A stretch of 64,000 bases of DNA from an uncultured bacterium. Its GTDB lineage: Bacteria > Krumholzibacteriota > Krumholzibacteriia > Krumholzibacteriales > Krumholzibacteriaceae. This document shows positions 56,004-64,000 of this stretch, in pieces. The stretch's first letter is position 1. The number at the start of each line of letters is the position of its first letter. The notes beneath the pieces are model-generated. The model worked only from the letters and a program-made list of their open reading frames with translations, was not told the DNA's origin and did not search any database. The stretch covers positions 28,285-92,284 of the forward strand of contig CAZREW010000006.1 of the NCBI GenBank assembly GCA_964599375.1, written 5' to 3'. The position numbers and the translations under genes were made by a program.

Positions 56004-56367
56004 CGGGGAATTCCTCCTTAGGGGCATCGCCCCAGAACTTTTCGAGGCTGTAATATTCCCTGGTCTCCGCCGTGAATATGTGCAGGACGACATCGAAGCA
56101 GTCGATAAGCACCCAGTGGCCGGTCTCCAGCCCCTCGACGTGGAGTATGAGGCCCGTCCCCTTCAGCTTGTCCGAAACGGCGTCGGCAAGCACCTTCGCG
56201 TGGATACCGCTCCCAGCGGTGCAGATGACGAAATAATCGGTGACTCCCGAGACCTTCTTGAGGTTTAGCAGGACGATATTCTCGGCCTTCTTGTCCCAGA
56301 CCGCCTTGATGATCCTCCTGGCCAGCGCCTTGGGCTGGACCTTCCTTGCTGTCGCGCCTTTACTCAA
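55993..56367 (-). CDS. rsfS: Ribosome silencing factor RsfS (Iojap)
   Basis: 124 aa. DYFVICTAGS...HAKVLADAV pattern typical of RsfS. Confidence 0.75.
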   Translation of the reverse strand: MSKGATARKVQPKALARRIIKAVWDKKAENIVLLNLKKVSGVTDYFVICTAGSGIHAKVLADAVSDKLKGTGLILHVEGLETGHWVLIDCFDVVLHIFTAETREYYSLEKFWGDAPKEEFPDGV

Positions 56368-57369
56368 TTAACTCCAGACCCCCTTGACTTGATGGCCGCA
56401 TGACCGGCATATCCCCCCAGCGGCAACGAGCTCGGCCGAATAACCTGACCGGAGGACCACGTCGGCGCCGCATGACGGGCACACGGTGTTCTCCGTGCCT
56501 TCGATGAATATATTACCGACGTAGACATAATCAAGATATTCCCGCGCCTCACTGTATGCCATCTCCAGGGTCTCCTGCGGAGTAGGCGTACGGTCATCCA
56601 TCCTGAACTGCGGGAAGAACCTCGAAAGATGGAGCGGGATCTCCCTCGAGACGCCTGAGAGCCATCGGGCCATCTTCCCTATCTCTTCTTTCGTGTCGTT
56701 CAGCCCGGGGATCACCAGACAGGTCACCTCGACGTGAGCCCGGCCGGCGGCCAGCTCGATGAACGACTTGACCGGCTCGATGCTTCCCCCGCAGTACCGG
56801 CGGTAGAATCCATCGTCGAACGACTTGAGATCGACGTTGAAGGCGTCTACTAGAGGGACGATCCGTCGCGCCGGTTCCTCGTTGAGATATCCGTTGGTCA
56901 CCAGAACCGACTTGAGGCCGGCCTGCGAGAGCAGGGGCAGGACATCGAGGAGGTACTCGAACCAGATAAGAGGCTCGGTGTACGTGAACGCTACCCCGAT
57001 CGATCCGTCCATACCTCCCAGCCTGGTGAGCTCCTCAGGGGAGATGTATCTCACCGGGGCCTCCTCCTGGGAGATCCTCCAGTTCTGGCAGTGGTCGCAT
57101 GTCAGCGTACATCCGTTCGGCCCGATAGAAAGGATCGTGCTCCCGGGAAGGAAATGGTAGAGCGGCTTTTTCTCTATCGGATCGAGCGCCACAGTCACGG
57201 TGTTGCCATACGAGAGCGTAAGCAGCCTGCCCGACTCGTTCCGGCGCACCATGCAGCGCCCGGACGCGCCGTCCCTGATCAGGCAGAAGTTCGGACAGAG
57301 CCGGCAACTCACGCTGCCATCGTCGAGTTTTTCGTAAAAGAGAGCTTCCCTTGCATTTCCGGTGACCAT
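56368..57369 (-). CDS. AmmeMemoRadiSam-system radical SAM enzyme
   Basis: CRLCPNFC...GRC N-terminal Cys motif and radical-SAM CxxxCxxC-like GCTLTCDHCQNW. Confidence 0.75.
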   Translation of the reverse strand: MVTGNAREALFYEKLDDGSVSCRLCPNFCLIRDGASGRCMVRRNESGRLLTLSYGNTVTVALDPIEKKPLYHFLPGSTILSIGPNGCTLTCDHCQNWRISQEEAPVRYISPEELTRLGGMDGSIGVAFTYTEPLIWFEYLLDVLPLLSQAGLKSVLVTNGYLNEEPARRIVPLVDAFNVDLKSFDDGFYRRYCGGSIEPVKSFIELAAGRAHVEVTCLVIPGLNDTKEEIGKMARWLSGVSREIPLHLSRFFPQFRMDDRTPTPQETLEMAYSEAREYLDYVYVGNIFIEGTENTVCPSCGADVVLRSGYSAELVAAGGICRSCGHQVKGVWS

Positions 57370-57451
57370 CGACGGGATTATACATCCTTTCCGGCCGGTT
57401 TTACAGGTATAAAGACAGGTCCCGGTGGATGAGCGGCACAGTCGTCCTGGA

Positions 57452-58456
57452 TCAGGAAGTGAACGGGCTTACCCTCTGGACGATATAGTCCGCGGCAAAG
57501 CAGAGCGCGTCTCTCTCCGGAGACCGAGAGACCGGACCGAGGGCATCCTTGGCCTTGGAACCCAGCTCACGGGCCTTACCAAGGCTGTACTCTATCCCGC
57601 CGTATTCCCGTATGAACGAGACCACCTCGTTCCAGCGGGCTTCATCGTCGAAGCTGCTGCGAAATAGGTCGCTCACGCGTTTTCTGCTCTTTCCCGGAGC
57701 GCTGCGGAAAGCGGCGATCAGCGGGAGCGTGACCCTGCCCTCCGTGAAATCGCTCGCTATCGGCTTGCCGATCTTCACGTCGGCGGCGAGATAATCCAGG
57801 AGATCGTCGGTGATCTGGAAGGCCATCCCGATATTTCCGCCGAAGTCCGCCAACTCAGATCGGAACCTCTCCGATCCGTTCCCGGTCAACGCGCCGCACT
57901 CGCTGGAGGCGGCGAACAGCGAGGCGGTCTTGCGGTAGATCAACTCCATATAATCGTCCTCGCTCACATCGATATCCTTCCTGCGCTGCAGCTGGATCAG
58001 CTCGCCGATGCTCATCAGGTTGGTCACCCTGGCAAGGACCTCTATCGCTTCAAACAGGCCGGCCTCGCCGAGGCGGGAAAAGGCCTTGGAAAAGAGGAAA
58101 TCGCCCATAATGATCGCCGTGTCCGATCCCCATCTTGCGAACACCGTCGATTTACCTCGCCGTGTCATATGGCTGTCGAGGATATCGTCATGAAGAAGAG
58201 TGGCGGTATGGATAAGTTCAACCGCCAGCGCAGCCACTGCGGCCTTCCCGGGCGACCCTCCCGTGCTCCGGGAGGCAAGCAGCAGGATATTCGGACGGAT
58301 ACGCTTGCCGGGAGCCCCGGCAAGGGCAGTGGAAAGCTCCCTGAGCAGCGGCAGGTCCGACTTCAACGCTTCCCTGAAATCCTCCTCGAGGACGGCGAGT
58401 TCCCTCATGACGGGAGCCTGGAAACGGTTCAGATCTCTTGCTTCAGGGGTTTTCAT
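57452..58456 (-). CDS. Polyprenyl diphosphate synthase (trans-IPPS; IspB/GGPPS-like)
   Basis: First and second Asp-rich motifs LLHDDILD and FQITDDLLD. Confidence 0.85.
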   Translation of the reverse strand: MKTPEARDLNRFQAPVMRELAVLEEDFREALKSDLPLLRELSTALAGAPGKRIRPNILLLASRSTGGSPGKAAVAALAVELIHTATLLHDDILDSHMTRRGKSTVFARWGSDTAIIMGDFLFSKAFSRLGEAGLFEAIEVLARVTNLMSIGELIQLQRRKDIDVSEDDYMELIYRKTASLFAASSECGALTGNGSERFRSELADFGGNIGMAFQITDDLLDYLAADVKIGKPIASDFTEGRVTLPLIAAFRSAPGKSRKRVSDLFRSSFDDEARWNEVVSFIREYGGIEYSLGKARELGSKAKDALGPVSRSPERDALCFAADYIVQRVSPFTS

Positions 58457-58653
58457 CGAAATGGGTGACCCGATTCCTATATGCCGGCAGCGGCGGAAAA
58501 AGCATTATCCGAGACGCCTGCCGCATCTCTATCCCGCGGCAACCGACCCGGATGGCCATAATCTATCACGAAGTCGGATTTTCTGTCAAGATTCAGGGAT
58601 GTGAACGGGATCCTGGATGATTTCCGACATTGACCGGCGCGGCCATCGGCGAA

Positions 58654-58681
58654 TTGACATCAGGCGGGAATCTGCTATAAT
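58654..58681 (+). promoter_or_regulatory. Near-consensus sigma-70 promoter TTGACA-N16-TATAAT upstream of the NadE-like/carrier/ligase cassette
   Basis: Read directly, ~55 nt upstream of start 58734. Confidence 0.55.
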
Positions 58682-58733
58682 ATTCCGGTATGTAAAAGCA
58701 GCCAGGGGGAGATAGAAACAGGGGACAGGTCTA

Positions 58734-59699
58734 TTGAATTTCAATAAGGACAGCCTAAAGATCGATGCCGGCCGTGTTGCCGAAGAACTGGCCCGGTCCG
58801 TGCGGACGCAGATCCGGAGCAAACTCAGGAAAACCGGGGCGGTAGTAGGTATTTCAGGTGGGCTGGATTCATCGGTGGTAGCGGCCCTTTGTGTCAAGGC
58901 GCTGGGGCCCAAACGGGTTGTCGGGATCATGATGCCGGAAGAGGATTCCTCTCCGGACAGCCAGAAACTGGCGCAGGACCTGGCTGACAGGCTCGGCATA
59001 GAAACGGTCGTCGAGAACATCACGCCGGGTCTCGAGGGCCTGAAGTGCTACAGCCGTAGAGATGAAGCGATCAGGCAGATCTTCCCGGAATACGACAGCA
59101 CATACAAGAACAAGATAACGATCTCCACCAACATCCTCGAGGATGAGACTTTCAATTTCTTCAACCTCACGATCGAGAGCCCGGGCGGCGAGGAAAAAAC
59201 GATGCGCATGCCAGTCTCGGCGTATCTCCAGATCGTGGCAGCCTCCAACCTCAAGCAGAGGCTCCGCATGACTATGCTCTATTATCACGCGGAGAAACGC
59301 AACTATGCCGTGGCAGGCACCGGCAACAAGGACGAACACGAACAGGGATTCTTCGTCAAATACGGCGACGGCGGCGCAGATCTGAAACCGATCGCGCATC
59401 TGTTCAAGATGCAGGTCTTCCAGCTTGCCGAAGAGCTGTCCGTAGGCCACGATATAATCGGGCGCATCCCGACTACGGATACTTACAGCGCCGGTTCCAC
59501 CCAGGAAGAGTTTTTCTTCGGTCTCGACTTCTTCCGGATGGACATGCTGTGGTATGCGATGGAAAACAAGGTTTCTTCTGCCGAAGCCGCCGCTGTGCTT
59601 GGTCTTACGCCGCATCAGGTCGAGAGAGGGTACGCCAATATCCAGCGAAAGATCGACGCCACGGAATATCTCCGGATGTATCCGCTTGAAATAGAGTAG
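58734..59699 (+). CDS. NAD synthetase-family PP-loop ATP pyrophosphatase (NadE-like, no glutaminase domain), copy 1
   Basis: PP-loop VGISGGLDSS and NadE-specific FFVKYGDGGADLKPI. TTG start. Confidence 0.7.
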   Translation: MNFNKDSLKIDAGRVAEELARSVRTQIRSKLRKTGAVVGISGGLDSSVVAALCVKALGPKRVVGIMMPEEDSSPDSQKLAQDLADRLGIETVVENITPGLEGLKCYSRRDEAIRQIFPEYDSTYKNKITISTNILEDETFNFFNLTIESPGGEEKTMRMPVSAYLQIVAASNLKQRLRMTMLYYHAEKRNYAVAGTGNKDEHEQGFFVKYGDGGADLKPIAHLFKMQVFQLAEELSVGHDIIGRIPTTDTYSAGSTQEEFFFGLDFFRMDMLWYAMENKVSSAEAAAVLGLTPHQVERGYANIQRKIDATEYLRMYPLEIE

Positions 59700-59791
59700 C
59701 GTACCGACTGACAAAGCAGATTGTGTCCTAAAATGAATGTACACTGTAAAAGATGATTAAGAGGCCCGGGGAACAGAGGTAAGTATCGGCT

Positions 59792-60049
59792 ATGGCACAA
59801 AAAGAAAAGATCCGCAAGGATATCAGGGATTTCATCACTAAGTCGTTTTTAACGGGTGATGAAAACGAAAATCTCAGCGACTCTGATTCGTTCATGAAGG
59901 AAGGCATAATAGATTCGACCGGCGTGCTGGAACTGGTATCCTTTCTCGAGAAACAATACGGCTTTGCTGTCAAAGATGACGAGATGACTCCGGGCAATCT
60001 TGATTCGATAGACAATCTGGTGATATTCATATCGGGGAAACTCGGCTGA
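59792..60049 (+). CDS. DltC-like carrier protein (phosphopantetheine attachment site EGIIDS)
   Basis: 85 aa. EGIIDSTGVLELVSFLE closely resembles the D-alanyl carrier protein motif EGIIDSF..V.LL. Confidence 0.65.
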   Translation: MAQKEKIRKDIRDFITKSFLTGDENENLSDSDSFMKEGIIDSTGVLELVSFLEKQYGFAVKDDEMTPGNLDSIDNLVIFISGKLG

Positions 60050-60095
60050 CCGCATCTCAGGGCGATCATCCTTAAATAAGAGCGTTCGTGGGATA

Positions 60096-61640
60096 ATGAC
60101 TGTATTCCAATTATTATCAAAAAGCGTGGAGATGTTTCCTGACAGGACGGCGGTCACTCATGACGGCCGTCACACGGATTTCAGCCAGCTTTACAGTGCC
60201 GCATGCCACCTTTCAGACCGCCTCGGAAGGCTTTCGCTTCCCGAGGGATCTCCAGTCGGACTGCTTTACGAGAATTCGCTGGAATACGTCATCTCATTCT
60301 TCGCCATCCTGAGGGCAGGCCTCGTGGCCGTGCCCCTGGACACTTCGCTGGACCTCGACAGCCTGAGGTTCGTCTTGTCAGACTGTGACGCGAGGGTCCT
60401 TCTGGTCGATTCAAGGTTCCGCCGTATCCTTCCCGGGATAGTTGCCGGGAATTCCCCCGTTGAGCGTATCTTCTCAGACAAAAAGATCGGCAGCGGGCGC
60501 GATGACCTGGAAGTCGAAGCCGTGATAAATACTGAGGAAGAATCTCTGCCAGACATGGATTCCCTGCCACTCGGCGACACGGAAGACGATGAAGAAAAGC
60601 TCGCCGCCATCTTTTACACTTCCGGCAGCACGGGCACACCAAAGGGCGTGATGCTATCGCACCGTAACCTCGTCAGCAATACACTGGCGACGATAGAGTA
60701 TCTGAAACTGACCAGAGATGACAGCGTGATAGTCATCCTTCCATTTTATTACATCTACGGCAATTCCCTGCTTCTCACCCATGTCGGATGCGGCGGCAGG
60801 CTGGTGATCGATAATCGATTCCTGTACCCTGAAGCGATCCTCGATACGATGGAAAGCGAGAACGTGACCGGCTTTTCGGGAGTACCTTCGAATTTCATGA
60901 TCCTTCTCGGCAAATCCACCTTCGCCAAACGTGAATTGCCGGCGTTGAGATATTTCACGCAGGCCGGTGGCGCCATGGCGCCGGAGATCGTCAGGCAGCT
61001 CATGGATGCCTTCCCGGAAAAAGAGATCTATATCATGTACGGCCAGACCGAGGCCGCTCCGCGAGTGACCTGGCTTCCCCCGGAGATGCTGAAAGAGAAG
61101 CTTGGATCGATAGGCATAGCCGTGCCCGGCGTCACTGTTTTAGTCGCGGACGATAAAGGAAATGAGCTTCCCACCGGAAAGGTGGGTGAGATCGTGGTGG
61201 ATGGCCCGAATGTGATGATGGGCTATTGGAATCACGCGGATGAAGAGCGTGAAGTCCTCAGGAACGGACGGCTGTTCACTGGTGACCTGGCAAAAAAAGA
61301 CGAGGATGGCTACATCTATGTCGTGGGCCGCAGGAAAGAGATCATAAAGACAGGGGGCAATCGAGTCAGTGTAAAAGAGGTCGAAGAGTGCATCCTGGAA
61401 AGCAACGGGATCCTGGAGGTCGCCGTGTTCGGTGTGGATGATCCCGTTCTGGGCGAGGCAATAAAGGCTGTGATTGTCAACAAGAAGGGCTGCAGTGCCG
61501 ACACTGTTGAAATCACCGACTTTTGCCGCTCTCGGCTCGCGGCACATAAAGTGCCCAAGATCATAGAGTTTGCCCAGTCGTTACCCAAGACGAAATCCGG
61601 CAAGCTGGACAAGAAAAAACTGAAAGACCAATGTCGATAG
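60096..61640 (+). CDS. Adenylate-forming (AMP-binding) ligase, DltA/acyl-ACP-synthetase-like
   Basis: YTSGSTGTPKGV, YGQTE, GDL, and C-terminal catalytic Lys region KSGKLDKKKL. Confidence 0.8.
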   Translation: MTVFQLLSKSVEMFPDRTAVTHDGRHTDFSQLYSAACHLSDRLGRLSLPEGSPVGLLYENSLEYVISFFAILRAGLVAVPLDTSLDLDSLRFVLSDCDARVLLVDSRFRRILPGIVAGNSPVERIFSDKKIGSGRDDLEVEAVINTEEESLPDMDSLPLGDTEDDEEKLAAIFYTSGSTGTPKGVMLSHRNLVSNTLATIEYLKLTRDDSVIVILPFYYIYGNSLLLTHVGCGGRLVIDNRFLYPEAILDTMESENVTGFSGVPSNFMILLGKSTFAKRELPALRYFTQAGGAMAPEIVRQLMDAFPEKEIYIMYGQTEAAPRVTWLPPEMLKEKLGSIGIAVPGVTVLVADDKGNELPTGKVGEIVVDGPNVMMGYWNHADEEREVLRNGRLFTGDLAKKDEDGYIYVVGRRKEIIKTGGNRVSVKEVEECILESNGILEVAVFGVDDPVLGEAIKAVIVNKKGCSADTVEITDFCRSRLAAHKVPKIIEFAQSLPKTKSGKLDKKKLKDQCR

Positions 61641-61659
61641 AAGGAAGAGAGGGCCGCGG

Positions 61660-62649
61660 ATGAGACCGATCAGAGATATTCTGAAGACAGACCCAAAACG
61701 TGAGAGCGTCATCGTTCAGGAATTCTTGTCAGCGCATACTAAAGGGACACCCAAGAGAGACGGCATAATCGTCGGCGTAAGCGGCGGGATCGATTCCGCG
61801 GTGGTCGCGGCGCTGGCCGTTGCGGCGGTAGGAAAAGACAAGGTCTTCGGCATGATCCTTCCCGAAAAGGATTCGAACCCTGATTCGGCTAAATTCGCCC
61901 GGCTGGTCATTAACAACCTCGGCATCAGGCACGAGACGATGGACCTGACAGACGCCGTCGGCAGCTTCGGCGCTTACCGGACGAGAGATGAGGTCATCAG
62001 ATCGATATTCCCTGAATATGACGAAAGTTACAAATTCAACATACGCCTGCCCCAGAACCTGCTCGAGGTAGACCGATACAATTTCTATACGCTGCGTATC
62101 GATAACGGCAAAGGTGACACCAGGGAGACACGCCTTGCGAAGAGTCAGTTCCTGGCCATCACCGCCGCCGCCAACGTGAAGATCCGTTCCAGGATGATCG
62201 CCCTTTATTTCCTTGGCGAACAGATGAACTACATGGTGGCTGGCACGACCAACAAGACGGAATTCCTGCTTGGCGATTTCTGCAAGTACGGCGACGGCGG
62301 AACAGACGTCGAGTGCGTCTCGCATCTGTACAAGACGCAGATCTACCAGCTCGGCGAGTTTTTCGGGACGCCAAAGGAGATCATGGACCGTACCCCGAGC
62401 CCGGACACATTCAGCCTGGCAGTATCCGACAAGGATTTCTATTTCTGCCTTCCGTTCGACATACTCGATCCCCTGCTGTACGCGTGGGAATACAAGCTGG
62501 ATACAGATGCCGTGGCGGGAGAGCTGGGCCTTGAGCCCGAGCAGATCGAACGAGCCTACCGCGATTTCGACTCCAAGCACTCAACGACGGAGCATATCCG
62601 GAGGCTCCCCCCGGCGATCGAACGCGACTGGCGGGAATACGCGGGGTGA
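61660..62649 (+). CDS. NAD synthetase-family PP-loop ATP pyrophosphatase (NadE-like), copy 2
   Basis: VGVSGGIDSA PP-loop and FCKYGDGGTDVECV. Paralogous to the copy at 58734. Confidence 0.7.
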   Translation: MRPIRDILKTDPKRESVIVQEFLSAHTKGTPKRDGIIVGVSGGIDSAVVAALAVAAVGKDKVFGMILPEKDSNPDSAKFARLVINNLGIRHETMDLTDAVGSFGAYRTRDEVIRSIFPEYDESYKFNIRLPQNLLEVDRYNFYTLRIDNGKGDTRETRLAKSQFLAITAAANVKIRSRMIALYFLGEQMNYMVAGTTNKTEFLLGDFCKYGDGGTDVECVSHLYKTQIYQLGEFFGTPKEIMDRTPSPDTFSLAVSDKDFYFCLPFDILDPLLYAWEYKLDTDAVAGELGLEPEQIERAYRDFDSKHSTTEHIRRLPPAIERDWREYAG

Positions 62650-62652
62650 TCA

Positions 62653-63411
62653 TCATTCTTCCCCATCCCCACCATCTTCCTCTTCCCTCGCCTTTCTCTT
62701 TCTATCGAAGATAAGCGACAGGAGGACGCTGCCCAGAAAGAGTACTACCAGCGGTATCGCCATCATGAGCTGGCTGGCCGGATCGGGTGGAGTGAGGATG
62801 GCGGCGGCTATGAATATTATCACGATAGCCCCGCGCCACTGGCGAAGCAGGGTCTTCGGGGAGACGATTCCGATCCATGTGAGGAAGATGATAGCCAGCG
62901 GAAGCTGGAAGACCACGCCGAAAGCGAAGCAGAGGCGGGCGACAAACTCGAAGTACTTTGAGACTGACAGGAGCGGCTCGAGCATCGCGGTCCCGAACCT
63001 CAGCAGGAACCCGAGAACAACCGGCACCATCACCCAGTAGGCGAATAGCGCGCCGGTGTAGAACAGTATCGCCGAGGGAGCGATCATCGGGATGATCACC
63101 CGCTTTTCGCGGGAGAAGAGGCCGGGCGATACGAACGCCCACAGCTTGAACAGGGCGAATGGAAAAGCGAGAAGCGCTCCTATGATGAAGCTCAGTTTGA
63201 GCCTCACCATGAAGGCTTCGATCGGCGCGTTGAAATAGAGTCTGTCGACCGGTATGGTCGAAAGAAGCATATCGAGGAGCTGCCCGGAAAAGAACCAGAG
63301 CACGATCGAGGAACCGAGCCAGACGACGAGGATCCATATTATCGTCGCACGCAACTCAAGGAGATGATCGAGGAACCCCATCTCCTTGAGATTCTCTTCC
63401 TTTTCGGACAA
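62653..63411 (-). CDS. tatC: Sec-independent protein translocase TatC
   Basis: Six TM helices. N-terminal FLDHLLELR and conserved TatC architecture. Confidence 0.8.
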   Translation of the reverse strand: MSEKEENLKEMGFLDHLLELRATIIWILVVWLGSSIVLWFFSGQLLDMLLSTIPVDRLYFNAPIEAFMVRLKLSFIIGALLAFPFALFKLWAFVSPGLFSREKRVIIPMIAPSAILFYTGALFAYWVMVPVVLGFLLRFGTAMLEPLLSVSKYFEFVARLCFAFGVVFQLPLAIIFLTWIGIVSPKTLLRQWRGAIVIIFIAAAILTPPDPASQLMMAIPLVVLFLGSVLLSLIFDRKRKAREEEDGGDGEE

Positions 63412-63436
63412 TACTCCTCCCCGTCCGCCCGGGAAC

Positions 63437-63991
63437 CTACTTCTCCAGCTTTATCTCGTGTGACTCGGTCCTGGTGACTTCGTTCTCGGTCTCCTTGCCG
63501 TTCTCGTCCTGGCTGACCATCTTGCCCTTTATCTCGGCGCTGCTGCTGCCTTCGACGATATATCCACCATCGATGGCGATATAGATCTTCTGTTTCGACC
63601 TGGACCTGCCGTCGAATACCCCCTGTCGGCTGTCCGAATGGATCTCCACATCGGCCTCGCCCTCTATCTCGGCGACCATCACGCCGTTTTTCTTTTCGAT
63701 CTTATTCACCTTGAACTTGCCCGCCCCCTTGACGGTATAGACCTCCTCATCGCCTTCCCCGCCCTTCTCGTCGATCGTAACCTCCCAGGCCGAGCCGGGG
63801 CCGACCGCCTCCTCAGGCAGTTCGAAAAACCACATCTCCATGTAGCTGTCAAGGGCTCTGCCCTTCTTGACACCCATTATGAACCCGAGTGCCTCGACGA
63901 CTTTGCCCTTCGGATCTACTTCCACTTTTATTGTCCTGCCCTCGGGCTTTACCCGCGGTTCCTGCTCTATCAGGTTCCCCATCCTCATCAT
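63437..63991 (-). CDS. Hypothetical Lys/Glu-rich protein (5' end may extend beyond the window)
   Basis: Good coding composition. No upstream stop before the window edge. Confidence 0.4.
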   Translation of the reverse strand: MMRMGNLIEQEPRVKPEGRTIKVEVDPKGKVVEALGFIMGVKKGRALDSYMEMWFFELPEEAVGPGSAWEVTIDEKGGEGDEEVYTVKGAGKFKVNKIEKKNGVMVAEIEGEADVEIHSDSRQGVFDGRSRSKQKIYIAIDGGYIVEGSSSAEIKGKMVSQDENGKETENEVTRTESHEIKLEK

Positions 63992-64000
63992 CTTGGTCGA

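Noticed and set aside
58869-59744. 291-aa minus-strand ORF (and the similar 61729..62580 ORF)
   Set aside because: Antisense shadows of the two NadE-like genes.
1-64000. Search for tRNA, rRNA, CRISPR arrays, transposases/integrases, toxin-antitoxin pairs
   Set aside because: No cloverleaf-like GTTCGAATC-type tRNA arms in intergenic regions. No rRNA-like stretches. No direct-repeat/spacer arrays. No DDE/tyrosine-recombinase-like ORFs. None were found.

Overview
This 64 kb window is high-GC bacterial chromosome, about 55-65% GC in hand-sampled lines. It is densely packed with roughly 50 protein-coding genes and contains no rRNA, tRNA, CRISPR array or transposase/integrase gene. It probably comes from an uncultivated FCB-group-like or candidate-phylum organism. 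Evidence for that placement: a T9SS C-terminal sorting domain on one protein, many lipoproteins, five sigma-54 enhancer-binding proteins in 64 kb, and Shine-Dalgarno sites of the GGAGG type. The ORF track contains many long spurious antisense or off-frame ORFs, as is typical for high-GC DNA. It also misses genes cut by the window edge: a lipoprotein gene at 1..985 on the minus strand was recovered by hand translation. Recognisable housekeeping and core-function genes are a Lon-like protease, a GAF-PP2C phosphatase, pcm, an AlaX-type tRNA editing protein, lnt, an OPT transporter, an S9 peptidase, purM, argS, rsfS, an AmmeMemoRadiSam radical SAM enzyme, a polyprenyl synthase and tatC. The most unusual content is: (i) an AT-rich compositional island, about 30-37% GC in sampled lines, carrying a 1198-aa Ser/Thr-kinase/NTPase/TPR gene whose last ~450 nt revert to host-like GC, so the gene looks mosaic and horizontally acquired; (ii) a lipoprotein built from five tandem ~110-aa repeats that resemble pseudopilin (GspG-like) globular domains, sitting behind a sigma-54 promoter and next to an orphan PqqD-like protein; (iii) a cassette of two divergent NadE-family PP-loop enzymes flanking a DltC-like carrier protein and an adenylating ligase, behind a near-consensus sigma-70 promoter; (iv) a six-heme c-type cytochrome with a T9SS sorting tail; (v) a ~125-nt non-coding transcript candidate with perfect TTGACA-N17-TATACT promoter and intrinsic terminator; (vi) sigma-54 promoters (GG-N10-GC) found by eye upstream of several genes. 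All functional calls rest on motifs read directly from the translations. No database search was run.
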